Of a DNA stretch of 64,000 nucleotides, positions 62,800 through 64,000 are shown one piece after another; within the stretch, counting starts at the first letter, position 1; each line of letters starts with the position of its first letter. The translations under genes were made by a program, and so were the position numbers. The notes under the pieces are model-generated. The model was not told the DNA's origin and did no database searches. It saw nothing but the letters and a program-made list of their open reading frames with translations. This stretch comes from Chlorokybus atmophyticus (taxonomy: Eukaryota; Plantae; Mesostigma and Chlorokybus algae), in contig RHPI01002823.1 in NCBI GenBank assembly GCA_009103225.1, forward strand, positions 62,634-126,633, given 5' to 3'.

Positions 62800-64000
62800 C
62801 TACAGCTCCTCTCCATCATCGCTTTGCTCGACATTACGGAACAAAGCACCACGCGCTGGGGCCTGTGGAGGAGACGCCGGAACTTGCTCTTCCTCCTCAA
62901 ACGGTTTTGCCAGCCACTCAAATGCTGCTTCTGCCTCAGCGAGCGGGTCACGAGCTGCTGTCTCTTGCGGCCGGCGCCAATTGGGATCTTTCAGGTATTC
63001 GACACAAGATGCAGTGCGGCGTTTCACAAGGGTAAATGGCTGGAGGGCTGCGTACCGTTGCCTCATCTCCCGCTTTATTGACATGATCATGGTGTTGATT
63101 TCGCTGAGGTACTCTTCATGTGTGTCTATGCTGGCAGCTAGGAGAGGGTCTCCATCCTTGCCCTTTAGGATGCGCTCCACCTGCGTAGTTTACAGGCATG
63201 TCTTAGTGGCATCGAAAGCCACTATTCACTGCAACGCGTCTGCAAGCCTGTAGTTGGGGCTACAGCATTCCTGAATTGCTAATGCTGGAGTTCAGAGTGC
63301 TCACCGTAAGCAACAGGTATGCGAGGTGGTTGACTGTCAGCTGCCGGCGACCAGGTGTAGTGACGGCGTAAGACCAGCATTGCACGATCATTTGCCAGAT
63401 TATGGGATTGCCCCATTCATGGATGTATCTCCTCCGCTCCGGGTCTGCAGTGTCGGTCACCTCAAATCTCCGCCATGACTTGTCTGCGACAGTCATACCG
63501 ACAAGGCATTAGGCACGAAATAGATAGTTCAAGTTGAGCCTGCACCAGGCTAGAATAGTGCCTGTGACTTACTTTGGAGCGCGTTGCGCATTTGGGCTTT
63601 TTGGGTCTCGGGGTCCATTAGGGCGTCGATGTGCCTGATTGAATCGGTTACAATAGGCGAGATGAGTACGTGTGTATGGAGGCTGAGTAAGAAGGCAGTG
63701 TTGCATAGCAGACATGGTGGTGAGGGACCCAACTCACTTGCGCTTGTTGCTGTTAAACAGTGTCCACTTGTACTCCTTCTCAAGGACATGCTTGATCTTG
63801 GTGACGTTCTCAGACCGGACCTGCGTAGCTTTCTTCAGGGCGACACTCCAGTGGAAGGGGCACTCCTTGGGAGTCCAGTACACCTCATAGAACTTGGCCG
63901 CATCGGCCTCGTCGTCATGGTCGAAGCCAACTACCTGTCACGGGCAGGTTGGTCAGTGTCACGGTGCAGTGCGGTCATGAAGCATTCACAGCACCTGACA
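62800..64000 (-). CDS. 3' part of accessory gene A in the second copy, less disrupted than the first
   Basis: Has TGG and CAG where copy 1 has TAG; open C-terminal ORF 62800-63180. Exon structure is not fully resolved. Confidence 0.6.

Larger units (their letters stand above)
61999..64000. mobile_element. Left portion of a second copy of the large transposon, truncated by the window end
   Basis: Colinear with 15760 to about 17830; roughly 90-95% identical by eye; the extreme terminus is degenerate. Confidence 0.92.

Overview
Intron-rich eukaryotic DNA, probably from a green-lineage alga (several genes resemble plant families; the species cannot be named from sequence alone), with three N gaps. 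Host genes: a photolyase-N-domain/alpha-beta-hydrolase fusion, a CDK20/CDKF-like kinase, a small Cys/His-rich gene missed by the ORF track that overlaps the kinase 3' end on the same strand, a Pro/Gln-rich unknown, a secreted DUF6748-like protein, GH27 alpha-galactosidase, a GT90 glycosyltransferase, a CRT-like transporter, an SLC35A nucleotide-sugar transporter, GH3 beta-xylosidase and a secreted protein with bacterial-type Ig repeats. The main finding is a decayed ~14.9-kb DNA transposon (15755-30640, crossing one gap) with short TIRs (YGTCGCAA...TTGCGACR) and a Plavaka-type transposase. Its cargo includes a Tudor domain apparently fused to a phage/bacterial-type C5 DNA methyltransferase, an OTU protease plus RING-like gene, and two unknown ORFs; GTAC-rich motif clusters lie between these genes. 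A 1.57-kb non-autonomous relative with a 2-bp TG flanking duplication (44608-46176) and the left end of a second copy (61999 to window end) confirm the family boundaries. Family assignments come from remembered motifs, not database searches.
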